From the NCBI GenBank assembly GCA_035569355.1, contig DATMNF010000145.1, positions 1,645 to 65,644 of the forward strand: a stretch of DNA of 64,000 bases, given 5' to 3'. The translations under genes and the position numbers were made by a program. The DNA is from Steroidobacteraceae bacterium. Its GTDB lineage: Bacteria > Pseudomonadota > Gammaproteobacteria > Steroidobacterales > Steroidobacteraceae. Every line of letters begins with the position of its first letter. Position 1 is the stretch's first letter. Below are positions 40,658 to 48,997 of this stretch, piece after piece. The notes under the pieces were generated by a model. It saw only the letters and a program-made list of their open reading frames with translations, ran no database searches and was not told where the DNA came from.

Positions 40658-41397
40658 GCGACGGCGTGCTGCATTCGGCGATCGCCCTCGGCGTGAACAT
40701 CGATCACGTGGCGACCTTGCGCCAGGCCCGCCGCGCGCGCTATCCCGACCCCCTGTACGCGGCGCTGGTGGCCGAGGAGGCGGGTGCCGACAGCATCACC
40801 CTACACCTGCGCGAAGATCGCAGGCACATCCAGGATCGGGATGTGACAGCGATGCGCGGGGCCTTGCAAACTCGAATGAACCTCGAAATGGCGGTAACCG
40901 AGGAGATGATTGGAATCGCGCAGAAAATCTTGCCGCAGGATTGTTGTTTGGTCCCTGAATCGCGCCAGGAAGTCACCACCGAGGGAGGCTTGAACGTCGT
41001 CGGACAAAGCGCTCGGATCGGCGACGCGGTGCAGGCGCTGGGCAAATCGGGGATCCGAGTCTCCCTGTTCATCGATCCGGACCCGGAACAAATCGAGGCC
41101 GCGCAACGCGTGGGCGCTCCGGTGATCGAGCTCCACACCGGCACGTATTCCGACTCCACGGGCGCGGCCCGCGCCCGAGAATTCGAACGGCTATGCGCCG
41201 CCGCGAAATTTGCCGCGCGCCTCGGCCTGGTGGTGAACGCAGGGCATGGCCTCAACTACCACAACGTCGAGCCGATCGCCGCAATCCCGGAAATCGTCGA
41301 GCTCAACATCGGCCACGCGATCGTAGCGCGAGCGATCGTGGACGGCTTGGCGAAAGCGGTGCGCGATATGAAAGAGTTGATGCGCGCGGCGCGATGA
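40654..41397 (+). CDS. pdxJ: pyridoxine 5'-phosphate synthase
   Basis: LGVNIDH.ATLR.AR...[29 protein letters not shown] and NAGHGL.Y.N motifs. Confidence 0.92.
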   Translation: MSDGVLHSAIALGVNIDHVATLRQARRARYPDPLYAALVAEEAGADSITLHLREDRRHIQDRDVTAMRGALQTRMNLEMAVTEEMIGIAQKILPQDCCLVPESRQEVTTEGGLNVVGQSARIGDAVQALGKSGIRVSLFIDPDPEQIEAAQRVGAPVIELHTGTYSDSTGAARAREFERLCAAAKFAARLGLVVNAGHGLNYHNVEPIAAIPEIVELNIGHAIVARAIVDGLAKAVRDMKELMRAAR

Positions 41398-41780
41398 TTT
41401 ACGGGATCGGCATCGACGTGCTCAAGGTCGATCGCATCGAGCGAGTCTATGCGAGTTACGGCGAACGCTTTCTTTCGCATTTGTTGATGCCGCAAGAGCG
41501 CGTGCAGTTCGAGCGTACGGCGCGCCCGGTACGATTCATCGCCATGCGCTTTGCGGCCAAGGAAGCAATCGTCAAGGGCATGGGCACCGGATTCGCGCAC
41601 GGCGTCTGGATCCGCGACGTAGGAGTGGTGCAGAACTCCTGGGGCAGGCCCGAGGTCGTGTACTCGCCGCGGGGCGCCAAGGTGCGAGAGGCTTTGGGGA
41701 TAGGCGAAGGCCACGTGACATTGACCGACGAAGCGGGACTGGTCGTGGCGGTCGCGGTGCTCATGCGCCGCTCACCTTGA
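41394..41780 (+). CDS. acpS: holo-[acyl-carrier-protein] synthase
   Basis: MIYGIG.D......IE and RFAAKEA..KA.GTG motifs, 128 aa. ATGA overlap with pdxJ. Confidence 0.9.
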   Translation: MIYGIGIDVLKVDRIERVYASYGERFLSHLLMPQERVQFERTARPVRFIAMRFAAKEAIVKGMGTGFAHGVWIRDVGVVQNSWGRPEVVYSPRGAKVREALGIGEGHVTLTDEAGLVVAVAVLMRRSP

Positions 41781-41787
41781 GCACCTC

Positions 41788-42561
41788 GTGAATACCTTGG
41801 TGTTCGACATCGAGACGGTACCCGACACGGACCTGGGTAGGCGCCTCTATGGTCTGCAGGGATTATCCGACGAGCAAGTGGCGCAGATCATGTTCACGAA
41901 GCGCCGCCAAGATACCGGAAGCGAATTCCTATCGCACGAGCAGCACCGCATCGTCGCAATCTCCGTGGTGATGCGCTCGCGCGACGCGCTGAAGGTGTGG
42001 AGCCTCGGCGAAGAGGGATCTTCGGAAAAGGTACTGATCGAGCGGTTCTTCGACGGATTGGAAAAGTTTACGCCGGACTTGGTTTCCTGGAACGGCGCCG
42101 GATTCGACCTGCCGGTGCTGCACTATCGGAGTCTCTTGCACAGCGTGACGGCCGCGCGCTACTGGGAAATGGGCGACTCCGACCATAGCTTCAGATTCAG
42201 CAACTACCTGAGCCGGTTCCATTGGCGGCACATGGACCTGATGGACATCCTGTCGGGCTTTCAGGGGCGTGGCCGGGCGAGCCTCCACGATATTGCGACT
42301 CTGCTCAGTCTTCCGGGCAAGTTGGGAATGCACGGAGCAGATGTCTGGCCCGAGTATCTGCGCGGAGGACTCGCGCACATTCGCAATTACTGCGAGACCG
42401 ACGTGTTGAATACGTACTTGATCTATTTGCGCTTCGAGCTCATGCGTGGACATCTGAACCCCGCCGAGCACGCGCAAGAGATTGCGCGTGTTCGCAAGCT
42501 CCTCGATGAGTCGCAAGCCCGGCATCTCAAAGAATTTGCGGCTGCGTGGCCCGCCACCTGA
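41788..42561 (+). CDS. predicted 3'-5' exonuclease (PolB-exonuclease-like, RNase H fold)
   Basis: VFDIETVPD (ExoI), NG..FD.PVL.YR (ExoII) and YCE.DVLNTYL.YLRF (ExoIII-like YxxxD) match the DNA_pol_B_exo2-type family. Confidence 0.72.
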   Translation: MNTLVFDIETVPDTDLGRRLYGLQGLSDEQVAQIMFTKRRQDTGSEFLSHEQHRIVAISVVMRSRDALKVWSLGEEGSSEKVLIERFFDGLEKFTPDLVSWNGAGFDLPVLHYRSLLHSVTAARYWEMGDSDHSFRFSNYLSRFHWRHMDLMDILSGFQGRGRASLHDIATLLSLPGKLGMHGADVWPEYLRGGLAHIRNYCETDVLNTYLIYLRFELMRGHLNPAEHAQEIARVRKLLDESQARHLKEFAAAWPAT

Positions 42562-43862
42562 CAGCGGCCGAGGTGCGGGAGGCCGACATCGTGGACCTGA
42601 CCCACGACGGCCGCGGAGTAGCGCGCGACGCGGGCAAGGCGGTATTCGTCGACGGCGCACTGCCGGGGGAGCGCGTCCGCATTCGTGTGAGCAAGCGGCG
42701 CCGGCAATTCGACGAAGCCGAATTGGTCGAGGTCCTGATCGCCTCGCCGGATCGCGTCGCGCCGGCCTGCGCGCACTTCGGGATCTGCGGCGGCTGCTCC
42801 CTGCAACATCTGGCGGCGAGTGCTCAAGTGGCGGCGAAAGAGCGCCAGCTGCTGGACAATTTGCAGCGCATAGGCAGGGTCCGCGCCGAGCGCGTGTTGG
42901 CGCCCTTGCGCGGCCCCGATTGGTCGTACCGCCGTCGAGCGCGGCTCGGCGTCAAATACGTGCACAAGAAGGGCCGGGTCCTTGCCGGTTTTCGCGAGCG
43001 CGAAAAGCCCTACATCGCGGACGTGAAGTGCTGCGAGGTTCTGCAGGAGCCCTTGCGGACCCTGCCGCAGGATCTGGCCGCGCTGGTCGATGAGCTCGCC
43101 ATCCGCGAGAAAATACCCCAGGTCGAAGTGGCGGCCGGCGATGAGTCGACCGCGCTGGTATTTCGAGTGCTGGAGGCACCGGGCGAGGAAGACACGAAGA
43201 AAATCGCAGCCTTCGGCCTGCAGCGGGGCGTGCAGATCTTCCTGCAAACGGGCGGCCTCGATACCGTGCGGCCGTTGCAGCCGAACTATCCGCCGCTCAC
43301 TTATGCGGTGGACGGTTTGGTCATCGAATTCGCACCCGTCGATTTCATCCAGGTCAACCGCGAGGTCAATGTGTCGATGGTGGCAGCAGCCATGGGGTTG
43401 CTCCTGCCCACCCGGGATGATCGTGTGCTCGACCTGTTTTGCGGCTTGGGCAATTTCACCTTGCCGCTGGCGCGCCGCGCGGGAAACGTGGTGGGAGTGG
43501 AGGGTGATGCAGGCCTGGTCGCGAAGGCGCGGGCCAACGCGGCCCGCAACGGGGTCGGCAACGCAGTATTCGTCAAGGAGAACCTATTCGAGCCGAGCGA
43601 ATTCGCACCGTGGGCGAACGAGCGCTATGACCTGGTGTTGCTCGACCCGCCTCGAGCGGGTGCATCCGAGCTGCTGGCGCGATTGGCGCGTTGGCGTCCG
43701 CGTCGAGTCGTGTATATTTCCTGCCATTCGGGGAGTTTAGCGCGGGACGCCGAGATCTTGGTGCACACCCAAGGATTCAAGCTCACCTGCGCCGGGGTGA
43801 TGGATATGTTCCCGCAAACGACGCACGTCGAATCGATCGCGGTGTTCGAGGCTCCCGCATGA
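42546..43862 (+). CDS. rlmD: 23S rRNA (uracil1939-C5)-methyltransferase RlmD
   Basis: TRAM domain, a 4Fe-4S Cys cluster (C.HFG.CGGC.LQH), a SAM fold (DLFCGLGNF.LPLA) and the catalytic region (DPPR.G, Y.SC). The GTG start overlaps the preceding gene by 16 nt. Confidence 0.9.
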   Translation: MARHLTAAEVREADIVDLTHDGRGVARDAGKAVFVDGALPGERVRIRVSKRRRQFDEAELVEVLIASPDRVAPACAHFGICGGCSLQHLAASAQVAAKERQLLDNLQRIGRVRAERVLAPLRGPDWSYRRRARLGVKYVHKKGRVLAGFREREKPYIADVKCCEVLQEPLRTLPQDLAALVDELAIREKIPQVEVAAGDESTALVFRVLEAPGEEDTKKIAAFGLQRGVQIFLQTGGLDTVRPLQPNYPPLTYAVDGLVIEFAPVDFIQVNREVNVSMVAAAMGLLLPTRDDRVLDLFCGLGNFTLPLARRAGNVVGVEGDAGLVAKARANAARNGVGNAVFVKENLFEPSEFAPWANERYDLVLLDPPRAGASELLARLARWRPRRVVYISCHSGSLARDAEILVHTQGFKLTCAGVMDMFPQTTHVESIAVFEAPA

Positions 43863-44920
43863 ATTTGGGGCCTCTGATGGTCGACATCGCCGGAACGGAA
43901 CTGAGCGCCGATGATGTCCGGGTCCTCGCGCATCCTCTGGTCGGCAGCGTGCTGTTGTTCGCGCGAAATTACGCTAGTCCATCCCAACTAGCGGCGCTCA
44001 CGGCCGCGATCCGCGAGGTGCGCACGCCGCATCTTCTGATCGCGGTGGACCAAGAGGGGGGGCGGGTGCAGCGCTTTCGCGACGGATTTACCCGACTACC
44101 CCCCGTACGTCTGCTGGGCCGCATCTACGATCAGGACCCGCGCGATGCCCTGGGATTCGCGCAGTCGGTGGGTTGGCTGATGGCCAGCGAATTGCGGGCC
44201 GTGGGCGTCGATTTCAGTTTCGCGCCCTGCGTCGATCTTGATTACGGTGTGAGTGAAATCATCGGCGATCGGGCGTTCCACAGCGATCCGGACGCGGTTG
44301 CCGCGCTGGCCGTGGCCACCCTGTCGGGCATGCGGGAGGGGGGTATGGCCGCCACGGCCAAGCATTTTCCGGGCCACGGCGCGGTGGTGGTCGATTCGCA
44401 TGTTGCATTGCCGCTAGATAGGCGCGAATTCGTGGATTTGGAGCCGGATATTCGGCCCTACCGTCCCTTGATCGACAACAATCTGGCCGGAGTCATGGCG
44501 GCCCATGTGGTGTTCCCGGCGGTCGATGCCTTGCCGGCCAGCCTGTCGCGCCGCTGGATCAGCGGCATCTTGCGAGCCGAATTGGGGTTTCACGGCTGCG
44601 TGTTTACCGACGACCTGAGCATGGCGGGAGCCGCGGCATTTGGGGATGTCGTAGCCCGTGCCGAGCTTGCGCTCGCTGCAGGTTGCGACGTCCTGCCCAT
44701 TTGTAACGATAGACATTCCGTAGAATTAGTGCTGGGCCGGCTCGCGTCAGACGCCGGCTCGGCGGCCTCGCAGGCGCGCCTGGTGCGGATGCGCGCGCGT
44801 GGCGAGGCACCGGCGGATCTGCGCACTAGCCGCCATTGGCAGGAAACGGCGGCCCGGATAGCGGGTTTGTCGACGCCGCCGCCGCCTTTGGTGCTGACAG
44901 AGGGAAATGGGAATTCATGA
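43859..44920 (+). CDS. nagZ: beta-N-acetylhexosaminidase NagZ (peptidoglycan recycling)
   Basis: GP.M.D..G..L...........GGV.LF.RN, DQEGGRVQRF, KHFPGHG....DSH and ITDDL.M motifs. ATGA overlap with rlmD. Confidence 0.92.
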   Translation: MNLGPLMVDIAGTELSADDVRVLAHPLVGSVLLFARNYASPSQLAALTAAIREVRTPHLLIAVDQEGGRVQRFRDGFTRLPPVRLLGRIYDQDPRDALGFAQSVGWLMASELRAVGVDFSFAPCVDLDYGVSEIIGDRAFHSDPDAVAALAVATLSGMREGGMAATAKHFPGHGAVVVDSHVALPLDRREFVDLEPDIRPYRPLIDNNLAGVMAAHVVFPAVDALPASLSRRWISGILRAELGFHGCVFTDDLSMAGAAAFGDVVARAELALAAGCDVLPICNDRHSVELVLGRLASDAGSAASQARLVRMRARGEAPADLRTSRHWQETAARIAGLSTPPPPLVLTEGNGNS

Positions 44921-45855
44921 CCGGCTTTGACGCTAGTTTGTATCGGCGCTTGGTCGAGAGCTCGCCCGAGGGGGTATTGCTAGTGGACGCCCGGAATCCG
45001 GAACACCCGGTGATCTACGCCAATCCCGGTTTTGAAGCCTTGACGGGTTATTCGGCGGCGGAGCTGCTCGGCCGCAATCCCCGCTTCCTGCAGGCGGACG
45101 ATCGTGAGCAGGACGGCCGGCATCGATTGCGCGAGGCGCTCGGCCGGGGGGAATCTTGCCGCGTGCTGCTGCGCAACTACCGCAAGGACGGCAGCCTGTT
45201 TTGGAACGAGATGACCGTCTTGCCGTTGCTCGATGCCGATGGACGCGTGACGCATTTTGTCGGCCATCATCGAGACGCGGGCGAGCGGCTGCGCATCGAC
45301 CCCAAGCTCACCCGCGATTCGTTGAGCGGAGCGCATCAACCGACCGCGATGGCGATCCGCGACGACCGTTTGACGGGGCTCTACACGTTGCCTTATCTCG
45401 AGGAGTTGTTGAAACGGGATTGGTCGGTGGCGCAGCGCGAAAAGCGCAGCATCGCGGTATTCGCGATCGACATCGATGCCCTGGACCTCTACAACGCCAC
45501 CTTTGGCCGTGCCGCGGGCGATTCCGCCATCCGGCGCGTGGCGCACGTCGTATCCGGTTGCCTGCGCCGCTCGAGCGATGTCACGGCGCGCATCGACGGG
45601 GGCAGCCTCATCGCCTTTGCGCCGGGCCTGACGACCGAGCAAGCGCTGCGGGTCGGTCAACTCATGGCCGAACGCGTGCGAGACCTCCGAATCCATCATC
45701 CCCGTTCATCGGTTCTGCGCTATGTCAGTGTGAGCGTGGGCGTCTGTGCCGCCGTGCCGGAGGCAGCCGATAGCCCCGCGAGCCTGCTCGAGAAATCGCA
45801 GAAGCAACTGCAAATCGCCAAGAAATCCGGACGCAATCAAGCGGCGGCGGCCTAG
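44917..45855 (+). CDS. LOV-type PAS domain (Cys to Pro) fused to degenerate GGDEF domain
   Basis: The PAS core VIYANPGFEALTGYSAAELLGRNPRFLQ...LLRNYRKDGSLFWNEMTV.PL.D..GRVTHFVG resembles LOV domains except for NPRFLQ. The GGDEF fold is retained but the signature reads DGGSL (45595-45609), and RSSD (45568-45579) lies 5 residues upstream. ATGA overlap with nagZ. Confidence 0.85.
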   Translation: MTGFDASLYRRLVESSPEGVLLVDARNPEHPVIYANPGFEALTGYSAAELLGRNPRFLQADDREQDGRHRLREALGRGESCRVLLRNYRKDGSLFWNEMTVLPLLDADGRVTHFVGHHRDAGERLRIDPKLTRDSLSGAHQPTAMAIRDDRLTGLYTLPYLEELLKRDWSVAQREKRSIAVFAIDIDALDLYNATFGRAAGDSAIRRVAHVVSGCLRRSSDVTARIDGGSLIAFAPGLTTEQALRVGQLMAERVRDLRIHHPRSSVLRYVSVSVGVCAAVPEAADSPASLLEKSQKQLQIAKKSGRNQAAAA

Positions 45856-45876
45856 GAACCTGGAGCCTCGAGCCGC

Positions 45877-46662
45877 GTGCCTTTCACTCGCGCCGTAGTG
45901 CGCCCACCCGCCGAAAATTTCGCCGCCGGCTTGTCGAGCGCCACGGAGGGACCCCCCGATGTGAGCCGCGCCCTGGAGCAGCATGCACGGTACGTCGACG
46001 CGCTGCGCGACTGCGGCCTCGGCGTGACGTGCTTGGAGGCGGATGCGCGCTATCCGGACGGAACCTTCGTCGAGGATACCGCTATCGTGACCGCACGCGG
46101 CGCCGTCCTCGCTCGCCCAGGCGCGCCCAGCCGCGAGGGCGAGGTGCGCGGCATGGTGGCGTGCCTGCGGAATTTCTATCAGGAGCTGCCCGCGATCGAG
46201 CCGCCCGGCACCGTCGACGGGGGGGATGTATGCGAAGCGGACGGACACTTTCTGATCGGCATATCGGCACGCACCAACGCGCACGGGGCTCGCCAATTGG
46301 CCGAGCATCTGGCTCGATTCGAGTACACCTCGAGCGTGATCGACATCCGCTCCAATTCTTCGCTGCTGCATTTGAAGAGCGGCATCGCCTACCTCGGCGA
46401 TGGGCTCTGGGCGGCGGATGGCAGCATCCGAGACGCGCTCGAGTCGCAGAGCGCGATCGGCGTGCGCGATCTGATAATGGTCTCACCCGCGGAAGCCTAT
46501 GCCGCCAACTGCGTGCGCGTGAACGACGCGATACTGGTGGCTGCCGGATATTCACTGATCAGCGCCGCACTCGAGCGAAGAGGCTGCCGCGTGGTGCAAC
46601 TCGAGATGTCCGAGTTCAGAAAAATGGACGGCGGTTTGAGCTGTTTGTCCCTGCGGTTCTGA
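45877..46662 (+). CDS. amidinotransferase-fold enzyme, dimethylarginine dimethylaminohydrolase (DDAH)-like
   Basis: R.P......GL, PD..FVED.A.V......L.RPGA.SR.GE, and the C-terminal E..K.DGGLSC.SLRF with the catalytic Cys context. Confidence 0.75.
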   Translation: MPFTRAVVRPPAENFAAGLSSATEGPPDVSRALEQHARYVDALRDCGLGVTCLEADARYPDGTFVEDTAIVTARGAVLARPGAPSREGEVRGMVACLRNFYQELPAIEPPGTVDGGDVCEADGHFLIGISARTNAHGARQLAEHLARFEYTSSVIDIRSNSSLLHLKSGIAYLGDGLWAADGSIRDALESQSAIGVRDLIMVSPAEAYAANCVRVNDAILVAAGYSLISAALERRGCRVVQLEMSEFRKMDGGLSCLSLRF

Positions 46663-46697
46663 AAAACAAACGGGGAAGCGCGTCCGGCGCTTCCCCG
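46661..46697 (-). terminator. rho-independent terminator (11-bp GC stem plus U-run on the minus-strand transcript), possibly bidirectional
   Basis: CGGGGAAGCGC (46671-46681), loop GTCCG, GCGCTTCCCCG (46687-46697). On the minus strand the stem is followed by TTTGTTTTTC (46661-46670). Lies between convergent genes. Confidence 0.72.
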
Positions 46698-46722
46698 TGG
46701 TTCGCTCGCGATCGATCAGCCG

Positions 46723-47061
46723 CTACTTCGGCGGGATTTGACCGCTGATTTTGTTTTCTTGGCTGTTCAGGACTTTCTGCTCGGACTTCGTGATATGCCC
46801 GCCGTTCTGGCTCGCCATGTCACGTTCTTCCTGACGCACCTGACGATCCTCGTGGTGCAGGTTTGCAGCCTGCGCCTTGGAGAGCGTCCCGTCCTTCACG
46901 TCCTGATGGATGCGCTTGTTCTGATTGGCAAGACGATGATTCACCTGCGTGCGCCGCGGATGATTCTTCTGCCAGGTGGTTTCAGCCGATGCGGTGCCGG
47001 CGAGTCCGGCAAGCGATACAAGCACGGCAGCGAAGCTCAGATGTTTGCGTGAATTTAACAT
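46723..47061 (-). CDS. hypothetical small secreted protein (Gln/Arg/His/Lys-rich, internally repetitive)
   Basis: MLNSRKHLSFAAVLVSLAGLAGTASA-ET signal peptide, then a polar helical region (HPRR..VN.RL.NQN.RI..., ..HHEDRQVRQEER.MA). Followed by a strong terminator. Confidence 0.6.
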   Translation of the reverse strand: MLNSRKHLSFAAVLVSLAGLAGTASAETTWQKNHPRRTQVNHRLANQNKRIHQDVKDGTLSKAQAANLHHEDRQVRQEERDMASQNGGHITKSEQKVLNSQENKISGQIPPK

Positions 47062-47268
47062 AAACGTTTCTCCACTTGCGTTCGTTGAGGAATGTTCCAC
47101 CGGAAAGCCGGCGTCTGTCGTGAAGTAACGCCGCAGTTCGCGCGACGGCTATCCGAATGAAGCAGAGTTAATGAGTGCGATCGAGGAGCCGCCAAGCCGT
47201 GATCGGCGTCTCACTCCGCAATCCGCGCGGACGATCCATGTAGACTTGTCGCTCGGGAGGTGCAAGCG

Positions 47269-48042
47269 ATGGACTTGGGACTCGAGAAACGGCGCGCGCT
47301 GGTAACCGGTGCCTCACGCGGGCTTGGCCGGGCCATCGCTTGCGCGCTGGCCGCGGAAGGCGCCGAGGTCGTGGCCGTGGCACGCAACCTGGAGCGTTTG
47401 AAGGAACTCGCGGCCGCCCCCACGGCGGGGCATGGGACGATCACTGCGTGCGCCTGTGATCTGTCCGATGCATCCGCGATCGACGGTCTGAGCGATCTCC
47501 TGGGAAGAACGGATGTCCTTGTGCTCAATACCGGCGGCCCGCCGCCCGGACCAGCGGCCGAGACGCCGGATGCGGTGTGGAGCAAGCAATTCGAGGCCAT
47601 GTTCTTGAGCGCCGTGCGAATGACTCGACTGGCGTTGCCCGGCATGCGCAAGCGTGGATTCGGGCGAATTCTCGCGGTCGTGTCTTCGGGGGTCGTTCAA
47701 CCGATACCCAACCTCGGTGTGTCGAACGCGCTGCGGGCGGCACTGGTCGGATGGGCCAAGACTCTCGCGAGCGAGGTGGCCGGCGAAGGCGTCACCATCA
47801 ACTGCATCGCCCCCGGGCGCATCGCCACGGATCGAGTCGCCGAATTGGATCAGGGACGCGCGAAGCGCGAAGGGATCGAACTCGACCAAGTCCAGAGAGA
47901 GTCGCGCGCGGCGATCCCCGCGGGGCGCTACGGCGCCGCCGCCGAATTCGCGGCCGTGGCCGCCTTCCTGGCGAGCCCGCGCGCCTCGTACATGACCGGT
48001 GGAGTCATCCGCGTGGATGGCGGCATGATCCGCAGCACCTAG
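47269..48042 (+). CDS. SDR-family oxidoreductase (FabG-like)
   Basis: ALVTGASRGLGRAIA..LA.EGA.V Rossmann motif, with GGAGG 8 nt upstream of ATG 47269. About 257 aa. Confidence 0.85.
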   Translation: MDLGLEKRRALVTGASRGLGRAIACALAAEGAEVVAVARNLERLKELAAAPTAGHGTITACACDLSDASAIDGLSDLLGRTDVLVLNTGGPPPGPAAETPDAVWSKQFEAMFLSAVRMTRLALPGMRKRGFGRILAVVSSGVVQPIPNLGVSNALRAALVGWAKTLASEVAGEGVTINCIAPGRIATDRVAELDQGRAKREGIELDQVQRESRAAIPAGRYGAAAEFAAVAAFLASPRASYMTGGVIRVDGGMIRST

Positions 48043-48069
48043 GTGTGAAGTCTCGGATCCGTTACCGCT

Positions 48070-48984
48070 TCACGGCGCGGGATGATGCAGGATCCAGTGC
48101 CGTGCGATGCTCTCGCGGTTGCATAGCCAGACGCCTTCGTGGCGTTGAATGTGGTCGAGCAACCGCACCAATGCGCCGATCCGGCCGGGACGGCCGATGA
48201 TGCGTCCGTGCAAACTGACGGTCATCATGCGTGGCCGACCCTCGTTCCCCAATCGATATAGCCAATCGAAAGCATCGCGGCAATAGCCGAAGAACGCATC
48301 GCCGGTGGCGAAGTCGCCGCCGCGCTGCATGCGGCTGTCATTGACATCGAAGGTATGGGGAATCACAAGATGCGCGCGGCCGTCGACGCGGGTCCAGTAG
48401 GGCAGGTCTTCGTTGTAGGCGTCGCTGTCGTATAGAAATCCACCCGTCTCCACCACGAGCCGGCGCGTGTTGGGGCCGGGCCGCCCCGCGTACCAGCCGC
48501 GGGGTCTTTGCCCAATGAGGCGAGTGACGATTTCGATGCCGCGCAGCATGTCGGCGCGTTCCACCGCTTCGTCCACGAATTGGTAGTCGATCCAACGCTG
48601 GCCATGACAGGCGACTTCCAAACCGCTGTCGACGATCTGCGCGACCGCTTCGGGATTGCGCTCGAGCGCCATGCCTACGGCGTAGACGGTCGCATCGATC
48701 CGGCGTTCGCGCAGAATTCGCATGATCTCCCAGAACCCGACGCGGCTGCCGTATTCGAAATTCGATTCGACGTTGAGATTTCGCGCGTTCTGCAATGGCT
48801 CGGCGCCGACGTCGGTCAATACCGATTCCGAATATGCGTCGCCGTGCAGTACGCAGCTCTCGCCGCCCTCCTCATAGTTGAGCACGATGGAGACCGCGAC
48901 CCGGGCATCGAGCGGCCAGCGCACCCGAGGCGGCCGCGAGCCGTAGCCAATCAGATCGCGCGGATAGGGTTCGAGGGAAGTCAT
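48070..48984 (-). CDS. polysaccharide-deacetylase-fold hydrolase, PuuE-type allantoinase-like
   Basis: YPRDLIGYG..PP...WP..A..A.S.VLNYEEGGE.C.LHGD, YEYGSR.G.WR, GWY.GR.GPNTRRLV.E.GGFLY.SD.Y.DDLPYW and L.GRP.R closely follow my recollection of Pseudomonas PuuE. Confidence 0.78.
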   Translation of the reverse strand: MTSLEPYPRDLIGYGSRPPRVRWPLDARVAVSIVLNYEEGGESCVLHGDAYSESVLTDVGAEPLQNARNLNVESNFEYGSRVGFWEIMRILRERRIDATVYAVGMALERNPEAVAQIVDSGLEVACHGQRWIDYQFVDEAVERADMLRGIEIVTRLIGQRPRGWYAGRPGPNTRRLVVETGGFLYDSDAYNEDLPYWTRVDGRAHLVIPHTFDVNDSRMQRGGDFATGDAFFGYCRDAFDWLYRLGNEGRPRMMTVSLHGRIIGRPGRIGALVRLLDHIQRHEGVWLCNRESIARHWILHHPAP

Positions 48985-48997
48985 GCGCCGCCGGGGG

